Part shown: piece by piece, positions 51,577-60,944 of the stretch
How the letters are laid out: each line of letters begins with the position of its first letter
Numbering within the stretch: position 1 is the stretch's first letter
Source of the DNA: an uncultured Acidobacteriaceae bacterium
GTDB taxonomy: Bacteria > Acidobacteriota > Terriglobia > Terriglobales > Acidobacteriaceae
Length of the DNA: 64,000 nt
Reading direction: 5' to 3'
Assembly: GCA_963783065.1 (NCBI GenBank)
Contig: CAWAMG010000004.1
Location: 1,480,010-1,544,009 of the forward strand
Translations under genes and position numbers: made by a program
Notes under the pieces: model-generated
The model's input: the letters and a program-made list of their open reading frames with translations, nothing else
The model's database searches: none
Told to the model about the DNA's origin: nothing

Positions 51577-53174
51577 AGACGGGTCAGGTGCGTCTCCACC
51601 CGGCAGCCATCCTCTGAACTGAACTCCAGGCTGCCTCCCAGTTGCCGAGCCAGGCTCGCCGTCAACTTCAGCCCCATCGAAGTGCATTTCGCGGCGTCGA
51701 AGTCAGCCGGCAATCCAACTCCGTCATCCTGGCACGCAACGCACACAGTGCCTTCCCTTCGACGAACAGAGATCGTGACCGCTCCTCTGCGTCCATCCGG
51801 AAACCCATGCTTCAAGCTGTTCGAAAGCAACTCGTTCACCAGCAGTCCAAAGGGAATTGCCTGATTCAGATTGAGCAGAATCTCATCGCAGTCCAGTATC
51901 ACCTCGACTCTTTCCAGCGGCAACTCACTCGATCCGGAGATCCCGGTAATCAGGTCGCGCAGGTAAACGCAAGCCATAATTCCCGCCAGATCCTTCGTCT
52001 CGTAGAGACGTTCGTGCACCATCGCCATGGCAAACACCCGTTGCGCCGTGGCCATCGTCACCGTGCGCGCTTCACCCGGAGGCAGCGTTCGCACACTCAT
52101 CTTCAGCAGGCTCTGCACCACTTGCAGGTTGTTTTTCACCCGATGGTGAATCTCATTCAGCATCACCCGCTTCTCCTCGAGATCGTGGGTTGCCGCCCTG
52201 GCCAAAGCCTCCACCTCTTCATTCTTCCGGCGTAGTTCCTCGACCGTCGACTCCAGTTGGTGCGTCCGCACAACGACCCGGGCCTCAAGGTCTTCTGCTA
52301 CCCGCGCAAGCGAGTCCTCCAGTTCCTTTTGCCGGGTGATATCCCGCGCCACGCGAACAAAGGCCGTCAGATCGCCGTTCTCGGCGCGAACCGCGTGGAT
52401 CACTCCGCTGCTCCAGACGAGCCTCCCCTTCGTAAGCGGTCTCCAACCGTCTGTTTCATAGCGCCCGGCACGCGCTGCCTCCGCCAGTTGCCGCTCCGGC
52501 AATCCGGAAGCCCGATCCTCCGCGGAAAACCCCGCGGCGGAATAATGCTTCCCAACCATCTGCTCCGCGGTCCAGCCGCTGATCTTTTCCGCGCCCAGAC
52601 CCCAACTCGTGATCACTCCATTCCGATCCATCGTGTAGATGGCATATTCATCGATGGTCTGCACCATCATCTGAAAGCAGCTGAGTTCGGCATTGAGGGC
52701 TCGAATCGACTCCTCCGACTCCTTCTGAGCAGTCATGTCGCGCGTCACCTTGGCAAAACCGCGCAACGTGCCATCGGGCCTGTAGATGGCGGTCAGGTTC
52801 ACCTGCGCCCAGAATCGCTTCCCATCCTTCCGCAGCCGCCATCCGTCCACTGCGTAGCGGCCCTCTCTGTCAGCTATCGCCAGTTCCTGCGCCGGCAGCC
52901 CCGCCGCCACGTCCTCGGGCAAAAAGAACATCGAAAAGTTCTTGCCCAGCACCTCTTCTACCTTGTACCCTTTGCACCGCTCCGCGCCCGAGTTCCATGT
53001 CAGCACGCGGCCTTCCGGATCGAGCATATAAATTGCGTAGTCGGTCACCGCCTCAAGCAGCGGATGAAATTGTTGCTCGCACTGCGAACACAGGTCGGTC
53101 GCGCCCTTCAGAATTGTCGTCAGTTGCGGCTTGGCGGGCGCATCTACGGCTACCTTCACATTCCCTCCGCGCAT
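51573..53174 (-). CDS. Cytoplasmic PAS-PAS sensor histidine kinase (HisKA_2 type)
   Basis: Two PAS domains (YAIYMLDPEGRVLTWNSGAE; YAIYTMDRNGVITSWG), EIHHRVKNNLQ H-box, NELLSNSLKHGF, DDGVG, MGL. Start uncertain (53174 or 53285). Confidence 0.88.
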   Translation of the reverse strand: MRGGNVKVAVDAPAKPQLTTILKGATDLCSQCEQQFHPLLEAVTDYAIYMLDPEGRVLTWNSGAERCKGYKVEEVLGKNFSMFFLPEDVAAGLPAQELAIADREGRYAVDGWRLRKDGKRFWAQVNLTAIYRPDGTLRGFAKVTRDMTAQKESEESIRALNAELSCFQMMVQTIDEYAIYTMDRNGVITSWGLGAEKISGWTAEQMVGKHYSAAGFSAEDRASGLPERQLAEAARAGRYETDGWRPLTKGRLVWSSGVIHAVRAENGDLTAFVRVARDITRQKELEDSLARVAEDLEARVVVRTHQLESTVEELRRKNEEVEALARAATHDLEEKRVMLNEIHHRVKNNLQVVQSLLKMSVRTLPPGEARTVTMATAQRVFAMAMVHERLYETKDLAGIMACVYLRDLITGISGSSELPLERVEVILDCDEILLNLNQAIPFGLLVNELLSNSLKHGFPDGRRGAVTISVRRREGTVCVACQDDGVGLPADFDAAKCTSMGLKLTASLARQLGGSLEFSSEDGCRVETHLTRL

Positions 53175-53388
53175 CGCATCTTCGCCTGGCCCCGTTATGG
53201 ATTCCCCAGGCCCCAGATACTGCGAACAAAAATGGAGATCATTTCCTCCTCCGCCATCTTTCTCAATCGACGACATTCCACCCAAACCCCTTTCGGGCCA
53301 TCACGCATGACTGGCTCAACCACGCCTTCTGGACTGCCCCTTTCGGTCGCCATGGCAGCTCTCCCTTTCGTGTGAAGGCGCTTTGAAA

Positions 53389-53449
53389 GGGCACGGCTTC
53401 AGCCGTGCCGATAAGTCCAACTAAATGAGCGTGGCTTTAGCCGCTGAGG
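53389..53449. repeat. REP-like family A copy (intergenic)
   Basis: gggcacggcttcagccgtgccg...gtggctttagccgctgagg. Confidence 0.8.
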
Positions 53450-53498
53450 GATGTCTTTCCTTTAAGCAACATGAGAGATGCCCTAATCACACCAACCC

Positions 53499-54512
53499 TT
53501 AGTTGGAGACCTTGGCGCGCGACGAAGCCACAACCGTACCTTCCAGCAGCAGTTTGCTCATCAGGTCCACTGAGATGCGCGGGTCGGGGTCCATTTTTAA
53601 ACCGGTCAGTGAGCGGCCCACAATTGCATCGGCCCCAACCCCTGACTGCTCAAGCAGCGCCTTGTTCACCCGCGTTATCCTCCCATACGAATCCATATGC
53701 ACCATCGCCGTGAGCGCCCGGTCAAAACCCGCCTGGTCTTCCTCTGCTTCAACAATCGCCTCGCACCGCAGCCGCTCCGTAGCGTTCCGCACAGTCACCA
53801 AAATGCCCGTTCGCTTGCCGTCGTAGTCCTCCACCGGAGCAATATTCAGGTCCACTGGTAGTGTATTGCCGTCCGCCTGTTGCAGCCTCCAGCCGAAGGC
53901 TTCCACGCGTGCCATTGCACTCCCGCCAAACCCTGGCAGCCGATCTCCCCCCTCATTTACAACCCGCAACAGCTCATTCAGGTGGCAACCCCGCGCTTCT
54001 TTCAGCCTTCGGCCAGTGAGCACTTCGGCTTCGCGGTTCATAAATCGAACCAGCCCATCGACCCCTGCCAGCACCACCCCTTCCTGCATCCAGTCAACCA
54101 CCGTTACCAGTTCTTCGCGATCCGCCCGTTCTCTTGCTTCCACCCGAACCTTGTGCAGAGCCGTCCTCAGCGTCGCTTTCAACTCCCCACTCTGGAATGG
54201 CTTCGTCAGATATCCGTACGGGAGCTCCAGAGCTGCTCTCATTACTGTCGCTTCGTCGCTGTGCGAAGTCAGGAAGATTCCTGCCACCCCATACCACTTC
54301 CGCAGCATCTTCGACGTCTGGATGCCGTCCAGTGCGCCCACAATGCGTATGTCCAGTAGCGCCAGGTCAGGCAGGCTCATCTCCGCAGCGGCCAATGCCT
54401 CCTCCGCACTCTCCGCAACGCCCACAACCTCATATCCCAGTTGCTCTATCTCCTGCTTCAGGTCAAGAGCCACAATTGGTTCATCCTCGACAATCAGAAT
54501 CTTGCCGTCCAT
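53499..54512 (-). CDS. Response regulator REC-PAS(-PAS) without a DNA-binding domain
   Basis: ILIVEDE, DLALLDIRI (phospho-Asp), FLTS, YGYLTKPF, followed by PAS-like segments; upstream of the HisKA_2 kinase. Confidence 0.82.
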   Translation of the reverse strand: MDGKILIVEDEPIVALDLKQEIEQLGYEVVGVAESAEEALAAAEMSLPDLALLDIRIVGALDGIQTSKMLRKWYGVAGIFLTSHSDEATVMRAALELPYGYLTKPFQSGELKATLRTALHKVRVEARERADREELVTVVDWMQEGVVLAGVDGLVRFMNREAEVLTGRRLKEARGCHLNELLRVVNEGGDRLPGFGGSAMARVEAFGWRLQQADGNTLPVDLNIAPVEDYDGKRTGILVTVRNATERLRCEAIVEAEEDQAGFDRALTAMVHMDSYGRITRVNKALLEQSGVGADAIVGRSLTGLKMDPDPRISVDLMSKLLLEGTVVASSRAKVSN

Positions 54513-54738
54513 GGCGTTTCCTCCTTCGATTTGCTGCTCGCCGAATCGTGACGCTCTTCGTTTCGGGGCAGACAGCTGGCTGTCACTCCTGTATCGAAAG
54601 AATCAAGCAGGAACCACAGTGGAAATTGAATCCACCTTATAAAATGCTCGGAAAGATTTCCATTTTGGAAATGACTGGCGCGGCCTGCCCCAACAGGGAA
54701 ATGTGAGTTGAACCTCTGGTCATTCATATTCCCTGGGT

Positions 54739-56013
54739 TCAACGGTCCCGATGCAACTCTTCCAGCGCATCGCAAGCAGCCCCCACGCCGTCTTCGCCCG
54801 CCAGCATCTGCGCCACCTGTGCCGCCCGCCGCGCATACCTCGGCTCATCCAGCATCGCCCGAAGCTTCCGAGTTACCCGCAGCGGCGTGTAGTTCTTCCG
54901 CTGGATCACCCGCCCCACCTTCAGCCGCCTCATGCGCCTGCCGTTGTCCGGCTGGTCGTGCGAATACGGCATGATCAGCATCGGCTTGCCCGCCCGCAGG
55001 CACTGCGCCGTCGTCCCCACTCCGCCCTGGTGCACCACCATCCGTGCCTGCCCAAACAACGCCGAGTACGGCGCATACTCCGCCACGCAGATCGTCTCTG
55101 GCAGCTCCTGCCGCGGCCGGTTTCGCTCGTCCGCACCAATCAGCAGCACCGCGCGCATCCCCAGCCGTATCGCCGCCTTCGCCGAAAACTCATAGAACCG
55201 CCCCGCCGTCATCACCGCTGCCGACCCAAGCGTAAACACCAGCGGTGCCGACCCCGCCTCCATGAACTTCTCCAGGTGCTCCGGCAGCTTTGCATTTCCC
55301 GCGTCCGCGTCGTAGTAGCAAAACCCCGTGATCCGCGTATGCGCAGGCCAGTCCTTCTGCTCTCTGCCCAGCAACCGCGAAAACAGCGCCAGCACAAGGT
55401 TCGGCGAGTGCTTCGCATCAAACAGCGGATTGCTCCCCCTCGGCAATCCCAGCTCCGCGCGCAAATCGTAAATCGGCTGCGGCCATTTCCTGCTCACAAA
55501 CCGCGCCAGCCGCCGAATCACCCTCCCAAATCCCGGCACCGTCTTATCCGCCCGCGCCAGCCGCGGATACATCGGCAACACCGGTGGATCGAACGCCGAG
55601 AAAAAGCTTAGCGGCGCAAGCACATAGCTCGCCCATGGGATCCCCGTCACCTCCGCCACAATCGGCCCCGCATAGTTCAGCTCGCCCAGCAGCATCAGAT
55701 CGGCCCGCTCCGGCTTCGTCGCCGCATCCAGCAGATCGTCATACGTCTGCCGAAGCACCGGAAAAAGGAATTCTCTCAATCCCCGCTCGGTCCCCTTCTT
55801 CACGTCGTAGACCATCGCCGCCAGCACTTTGTTCTCCGGGTCGATATCCGGCCGCACCGCGTGGAACTCCAACCCCAGCGGCACAATCTTCGCCCTGAAT
55901 ACCTCCGGCACAGCCATCACCGGCACATGCCCGCGCCGCTTCATCTCCAGCGCAATCGCTATCAGCGGATGAATATCCCCCAGCGTCCCGATATTCGACA
56001 AAACAATGCGCAA
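54739..56013 (-). CDS. GT1-family glycosyltransferase (RhlB/sterol glucosyltransferase-like)
   Basis: GTLGDIHPLIAIA, VFTLGSAAV, YAPYSALF, VHQGGVGTTAQ, PYSHDQPDN. Confidence 0.88.
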   Translation of the reverse strand: MRIVLSNIGTLGDIHPLIAIALEMKRRGHVPVMAVPEVFRAKIVPLGLEFHAVRPDIDPENKVLAAMVYDVKKGTERGLREFLFPVLRQTYDDLLDAATKPERADLMLLGELNYAGPIVAEVTGIPWASYVLAPLSFFSAFDPPVLPMYPRLARADKTVPGFGRVIRRLARFVSRKWPQPIYDLRAELGLPRGSNPLFDAKHSPNLVLALFSRLLGREQKDWPAHTRITGFCYYDADAGNAKLPEHLEKFMEAGSAPLVFTLGSAAVMTAGRFYEFSAKAAIRLGMRAVLLIGADERNRPRQELPETICVAEYAPYSALFGQARMVVHQGGVGTTAQCLRAGKPMLIMPYSHDQPDNGRRMRRLKVGRVIQRKNYTPLRVTRKLRAMLDEPRYARRAAQVAQMLAGEDGVGAACDALEELHRDR

Positions 56014-56051
56014 TGAATCTTTCCTCGTCCCGACCGAACCAATCTCAATGA

Positions 56052-56171
56052 GGGTGCCCCATCCTAAACGCGTCTCTTGCGTTTAGGGTGGGAGACCACG
56101 AACCCAACCCGCCCTGCATAAACAAACCAAAAACAACGGGTGCCCCAGGCCTGGATTCTCAGACCTGGGAG
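56052..56171. repeat. Two REP-like family B copies (56052-56100 and 56138-56171)
   Basis: gggtgccccatcctaaacgc...gcgtttagggtgggagaccac and gggtgccccaggcctggattctcagacctgggag. Confidence 0.85.
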
Positions 56172-56342
56172 TCAACGAACCTTACACAATCAAGAAAAAC
56201 TACCTACGAGACTAATCCATCCCTACCGGCCACCACCTCAAGATTCCTCGAATCCGCGCTGCTTGAATCCCCTCTCGCACGAGGTCTATCATCGCCTGTC
56301 TCCTCCGAATTCCAGTCTCTGCCGCACCAAAGGACTCCTGAC

Positions 56343-57221
56343 ATGAAACCAGCATTCCGCCTCGCCTTCGCCTTCTTGCTCATCGTCCCGTTCGCCGCAA
56401 CCGCGCAATCCGCCCTCTCTACCCAGTGGGAAGAGCTCACCGGCCCCGACTTCATCCAGGCCATCCACCAGTCCCAGGGCGTCTGCGTCCTCCCCTTCGG
56501 CATCCTCGAGAAGCACGGCCCCCATCTGCCTCTCGGCACCGATCTCCTCGACGTCCGCTTCGCCGTCCTGAACGCCGTCAAGCAGGAGTACGCCGTCGTC
56601 TTCCCGCAATACTACTTCGGCCAAATCTTTGAAGCCCGCCAGCAACCTGGCACCATCGCCTACAGCCTCTCCACCCAGCTCACCCTCCTCCAGGAAACCG
56701 TCTCCGAAATGGCCCGCAACGGCTGCAAGAAGGTCGTCATCGTCAACGGCCACGGCGGCAACAACAGTCTCCTGCCTCTCTTTGCCCAGGCCCAGCTCGC
56801 CAGCCCCCGCGACTACGTCGTTTACGTCTTCGGCCTGCCCAACCTCGACGTCCCCGGCCGCCCCGCCCTCAAAACTCCCATGGACATGCACGCCGGCGAG
56901 CGCGAAACCGCTGCCATGCTCATCGCCCGCCCCGATCTCGTCCACCAGGATCGCGCCACCCAGGAATCTGGCGCAGACCAGAACCGCCTCTCCAATCTTC
57001 CCAGCTCCATCGACCTCGGCATCTGGTGGTACGCAAAGTTCCCCAACCACTACGCCGGCCAGGGTGAAGCCGCCACCAAAGAACTCGGCGAATTCGACCA
57101 GAAAGAATGGTCCCGCCAGATCGCCGTCGCCCTCAAGGCCATCAAAGCCGACACCGAGTCCCTCAAACTCCAAAACCAGTTCTTTAACGACTCCCAACAC
57201 CCCCTCGACACAAAGCAATAG
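56343..57221 (+). CDS. Creatininase-family amidohydrolase with a signal peptide
   Basis: EKHGPHLPLGTD, NGHGGN, DMHAGERET; start trimmed to ATG 56343 because the track ORF runs through upstream repeats. Confidence 0.88.
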   Translation: MKPAFRLAFAFLLIVPFAATAQSALSTQWEELTGPDFIQAIHQSQGVCVLPFGILEKHGPHLPLGTDLLDVRFAVLNAVKQEYAVVFPQYYFGQIFEARQQPGTIAYSLSTQLTLLQETVSEMARNGCKKVVIVNGHGGNNSLLPLFAQAQLASPRDYVVYVFGLPNLDVPGRPALKTPMDMHAGERETAAMLIARPDLVHQDRATQESGADQNRLSNLPSSIDLGIWWYAKFPNHYAGQGEAATKELGEFDQKEWSRQIAVALKAIKADTESLKLQNQFFNDSQHPLDTKQ

Positions 57222-57249
57222 TCCGCGGGAACAGTGGGATTTATCAACG

Positions 57250-57440
57250 GAGGGAGCAGGGGCATTCATGCCCCTGAATGAGGCCGCAACAAGCAACCGG
57301 CTTCAGCCGCGGGCCTTTTGCTGACAACCTCCAGCTCGGCTCGGTTCTCTCCCGAGAGACCCATCACTTTTCCGCGGCAGGCGGAGCGGGTGCCCCATCC
57401 TTGGCACGTCTTTCTTTTTGTGCCAAGGGTGGGATACGAC
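57250..57440. repeat. A-like palindromic element (57250-57315) plus a family B copy (57388-57440)
   Basis: caggggcattcatgcccctg...ggcttcagcc and gggtgccccatccttggcac...gtgccaagggtgggatacgac. Confidence 0.7.
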
Positions 57441-57572
57441 AAACCCCACCCCGCCACCCCTCCCCACGCCAACAACCCCCTTGCGAGCCTCCCGCGAGCC
57501 CCGCCGAACGCTGTGCCTTCAGGCCCCCTTAATCCTCCCTGCGTCATACTGTCTAGAGGAGCCGCTCCCACC

Positions 57573-58307
57573 ATGCGCGTCCTGCTCGTCGAAGATGAAG
57601 CCCGCCTCGCCGATAACCTCGCCACCGCTCTCCGCGACGGCCCCGGCTTCGCTGTCGATTGGGCCCCTGACGGCCTCGCCGGTGACGACTACGCCCGCAA
57701 CCTCTGCTACGACCTCATAGTCCTGGACCTTATGCTGCCCCGGCTCGACGGACTCAGCCTCCTTAAGCGCATCCGCGCCCGCCAGGACTCGACCCCCGTC
57801 CTCATCCTCACCGCCAAAGAAGGCTCCGCCTTCGTCGTCCAGCTCCTCAACGCCGGTGCCGACGACTACCTCGCCAAGCCCTTCGACCTCGGCGAGCTCA
57901 TCGCCCGCACCAAGGCCCTCATCCGCCGCGGCAAGGGCGCGGCCCACCCCACCCTCAACGCCCTCGGCATCACCCTCAATACCCTCGAGCAAACCGTCCA
58001 CCGCGCCGGTGTCCTCGTCGACCTCTCGCCCACTGAATACCACATCCTCGAATACCTCATCCATCGCCCCCGCGTCATCGTCAGCAAGCAGGAACTGCTC
58101 GAGCACCTCTACGACTTCAATTGGGAACACCACTCCAACGTGATCGAGGCTCACGTCTCCAACCTCCGCCGCAAGCTTGATGCTGCCATCCCCGCGCCCG
58201 ACCCAGTCATCGAAACCCTGCGCGGCCGCGGATACCGCCTCGCCTCCGAACCCTCTTCCGCCTCCGACTCAGGCGATCTCGGCCCCGACCCATTAGACCC
58301 CCAATGA
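57573..58307 (+). CDS. OmpR-family response regulator
   Basis: MRVLLVEDE, DLIVLDLMLP, ILTAK, GADDYLAKPF, winged helix NVIEAHVSNLRRKL, ETLRGRGY; GAGGAG RBS before ATG 57573. Confidence 0.93.
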   Translation: MRVLLVEDEARLADNLATALRDGPGFAVDWAPDGLAGDDYARNLCYDLIVLDLMLPRLDGLSLLKRIRARQDSTPVLILTAKEGSAFVVQLLNAGADDYLAKPFDLGELIARTKALIRRGKGAAHPTLNALGITLNTLEQTVHRAGVLVDLSPTEYHILEYLIHRPRVIVSKQELLEHLYDFNWEHHSNVIEAHVSNLRRKLDAAIPAPDPVIETLRGRGYRLASEPSSASDSGDLGPDPLDPQ

Positions 58308-58317
58308 CGGCAACCCA

Positions 58318-59848
58318 ATGAAGCTCGCCTTCCCGCCACGCTCCATCACCGCGCGACTCATCACCGCCGTTCTTGCCGTCGAGCTCCTTTCCTCTATCCT
58401 TGTCGTCGCCTTCTCTTTCGGTTACGAGCGCCACACCCACATTCACGCCTTCGATGTCCTGCTCCACGGCCACGCTGACACCATCCTCGGCGCGGTCGAG
58501 GACGCCGACGACCAATCCGACAACCTCATCCTCGATTTGGCCTTCCTTCATTCTTTCCCCGATGACGTCTACGAGGTCTATGACTCCGGAGGACACCTCC
58601 TTGGCCGTTCTCCCAACTGGCAAGGCCTCGGCTTCGTGCTTCCTCCCACATCGCGCGGCGAATTCTTCGATCTCCAGGTCAACGGCCACGACTATCGTGC
58701 TTTCCGCATGGAGGGCTCGCGTCTGGTCGATCCCGCCGATCACGGCGGCAAGTTCCGCACCGTTGTCATCCTTTATGGCGCCCCAACCAACAAGGTCTGG
58801 CGCGCCATCTATCGGCACAGTCGAGTTCTACGCTGCCGGAACCCTCTTCCTTCTTCTCGTCACCGGCCCGCTCATCGCCTGGCTCCTACATCGCGGCCTT
58901 TTCCCCCTGCGCCAGCTTGCCGCCCTTGCCGGCCAGGTCTCCGTCGACTCGTGGCACTTCGATCCGCCCAACTCCGCCCGCACCACCCCCGAACTCGCCC
59001 CGCTCACCCACGCCCTCGAGAGCGTTCTTCAGCGCCTCCAGGCCTCATTCGAGCAGCAGCGCGCCTTCGTCAGCGATGCTGCCCACGAACTCAAGACCTC
59101 AGTAGCCGTCGCCAAATCCTCGCTCCAGCTCCTCGCCATGAAGCGCCGTTCCCCCGACGAGTACCAGGCCGGCCTCGAGCGCTGCCTCACCGACTCCGAA
59201 CGCCTCGAAGAGCTCGTCGCCGAAATGCTCACGCTCGCCCGCATCGAATCCGCGCCCGTCTCCGCCGCCGATCCAGTCCATCCTCCCTCCACCGATCTCG
59301 CCGCGGCTCTGCGCCAAACCGTCGCCACGCTCCAATCCGTCGCCGACCTCCACAGTGTTTGCATCGACACCAGCTTCGAGTCAGGGCACGACTTTAGTCG
59401 TGCCGATAAGGCCAACAAAATGCCCGGGGCTTTAGCCCCTGAGACAAGGTCTTCGGATATCTCTATCGCGCAGCCCAGCTCCACCCCAGTTGTTTCCGTC
59501 CCCGTCCCCCACGACGACCTCTCGCTCCTGCTCTCCAACCTTCTCCTCAACGCCCTGCAGCACAGCCCAGCTGCCTCCACCGTCTCGCTTCGCCTCGCCG
59601 TTGAGACAGAATCCGCCGTTCTCACCATCGAAGACCACGGCGATGGCATCTCTCCTGACGCACTTCCTCATATTTTTGACCGCTTCTATCGCGGCGACCC
59701 CTCGCGTAACCGCAAGTCCGGCGGCACCGGCCTCGGACTCGCCATCGCCCGCGCCATCGTTCTCAAGACAGGTGGCGCCATTCAGCTCGCCAGCGAGCTC
59801 GGCAAGGGCACCATCGCCACAATCCGCTTACCGCTCACATCAAACTAA
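58318..59848 (+). CDS. Membrane sensor histidine kinase (HAMP-HisKA-HATPase), +1 frameshift at ~58813
   Basis: TM1, periplasmic domain, then in the next frame TM2, HAMP, DAAHELKT, NLLLNALQH, EDHGDGI, FDRFYRGD, GGTGLGLAI. Confidence 0.88.
59384..59443. repeat. REP-like family A copy, in frame inside the histidine kinase
   Basis: gggcacgactttagtcgtgccg...ggggctttagcccctgag. Confidence 0.85.
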
Positions 59849-59876
59849 ACCCGAACCCCTGAACCCTGACTCCTCG

Positions 59877-59990
59877 ATGAAGATCGTCCTCGGCATCATC
59901 CTCATCGCCGCCCTCGCCTTCGCCGACTACAAGTGGCGTCAGTGGATGGCCGCCCGCCGCCGCGAACGCGACACTCCTCCCAGTCCCTAA
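59877..59990 (+). CDS. 37-aa single-TM small protein
   Basis: MKIVLGIILIAALAFADYKWRQWMAARRRERDTPPSP; TM helix followed by a basic tail; 28 nt after the kinase stop. Confidence 0.55.
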   Translation: MKIVLGIILIAALAFADYKWRQWMAARRRERDTPPSP

Positions 59991-60086
59991 GCCCCCACAC
60001 TCACACTCACACTCACACCCCACACCACATACCTCCGTCCCATCCCCCCTTGTTTACAATGGCTCGTAGGGAGCCATCTAATCAAA

Positions 60087-60788
60087 ATGACTTTCGTTCT
60101 TAGCTCTTTCCGCGCACACCGTCTGCTCGTCCTCTCTGCGCTCGCCCTCGCTTCCGCCGCCTCCATCGCCCAGTTCCAGCCGCCCCCGCGCGGAACGCAG
60201 GTTCGCGACCCTGCCGCCCTCAAGCCCCCAGCCGGAGCCCGCGTCGCCATCATCGAATTCGAAGATATGGAGTGCCCCGACTGCGCCCGCGCCAACCCGC
60301 TGCTTCTCGAAGCCGCCACCAAGTACCACATCCCCTGGGTCCGCCACGACTTCCCCCTGCCCATGCACGCGTGGAGCTTCCAGGCAGCCGTCTATGCCCG
60401 CTGGTTCGATACAAAATCCAAGGCCCTCGGCGATGAATACCGCAATACCGTCTTCGCCAACCAGCCCTCCATCACCAGCACCGACGTCCTCGCACAGTTC
60501 ACACAGAAGTTCGCCCAATCCCACAGCCTCGCCGTGCCCTTCGCCATCGATCCCCAGGGCACCCTCGCTAGCCTCGTCAAGGCCGACTACGCCCTCGGCC
60601 AGCGCATCGGCATCGAGCACACACCCACCATCTGGGTCTCTACAACCAACTCCAAAGGCGCTCCCTTCGTCGAGGTGGTCGACCGCACCCGCCTCTTCCA
60701 GCTCATCGATCAGGCCCTCGCCGACACCGCCTCCGCTCCCAGGCCAACTGCCCCCAAGCCAGCCGCCAAGTCAGCCTCAGCCCCGTAG
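60087..60788 (+). CDS. DsbA-like thioredoxin-fold protein 1
   Basis: Signal peptide, FEDMECPDC, HDFPLPMH, IEHTPTI (cis-Pro loop). Confidence 0.88.
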   Translation: MTFVLSSFRAHRLLVLSALALASAASIAQFQPPPRGTQVRDPAALKPPAGARVAIIEFEDMECPDCARANPLLLEAATKYHIPWVRHDFPLPMHAWSFQAAVYARWFDTKSKALGDEYRNTVFANQPSITSTDVLAQFTQKFAQSHSLAVPFAIDPQGTLASLVKADYALGQRIGIEHTPTIWVSTTNSKGAPFVEVVDRTRLFQLIDQALADTASAPRPTAPKPAAKSASAP

Positions 60789-60816
60789 TCATCAACCGCT
60801 CGTCTTCAAGGAGCTT

Positions 60817-60850
60817 GGGTGCCCCCGGTCTCGCTTCTGAGACCTGGGAA
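60817..60850. repeat. REP-like family B copy (intergenic)
   Basis: gggtgcccccggtctcgcttctgagacctgggaa. Confidence 0.75.
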
Positions 60851-60944
60851 TCGAAGAACTGAATCGACGGGATGAACCGGTCACAGTTTTCTCTGTTCAA
60901 CCCATCCCCTGAAACCATCTCCCGCAAAGGAAAGTCCAACCTCT

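Noticed and set aside
56088-56342. N-terminal extensions of the creatininase and (57318-57572) response-regulator ORFs as further REP-coded peptides
   Set aside because: Both genes have better downstream ATG starts (signal peptide at 56343; RBS and MRVLLVEDE at 57573), so the repeats are probably untranslated.
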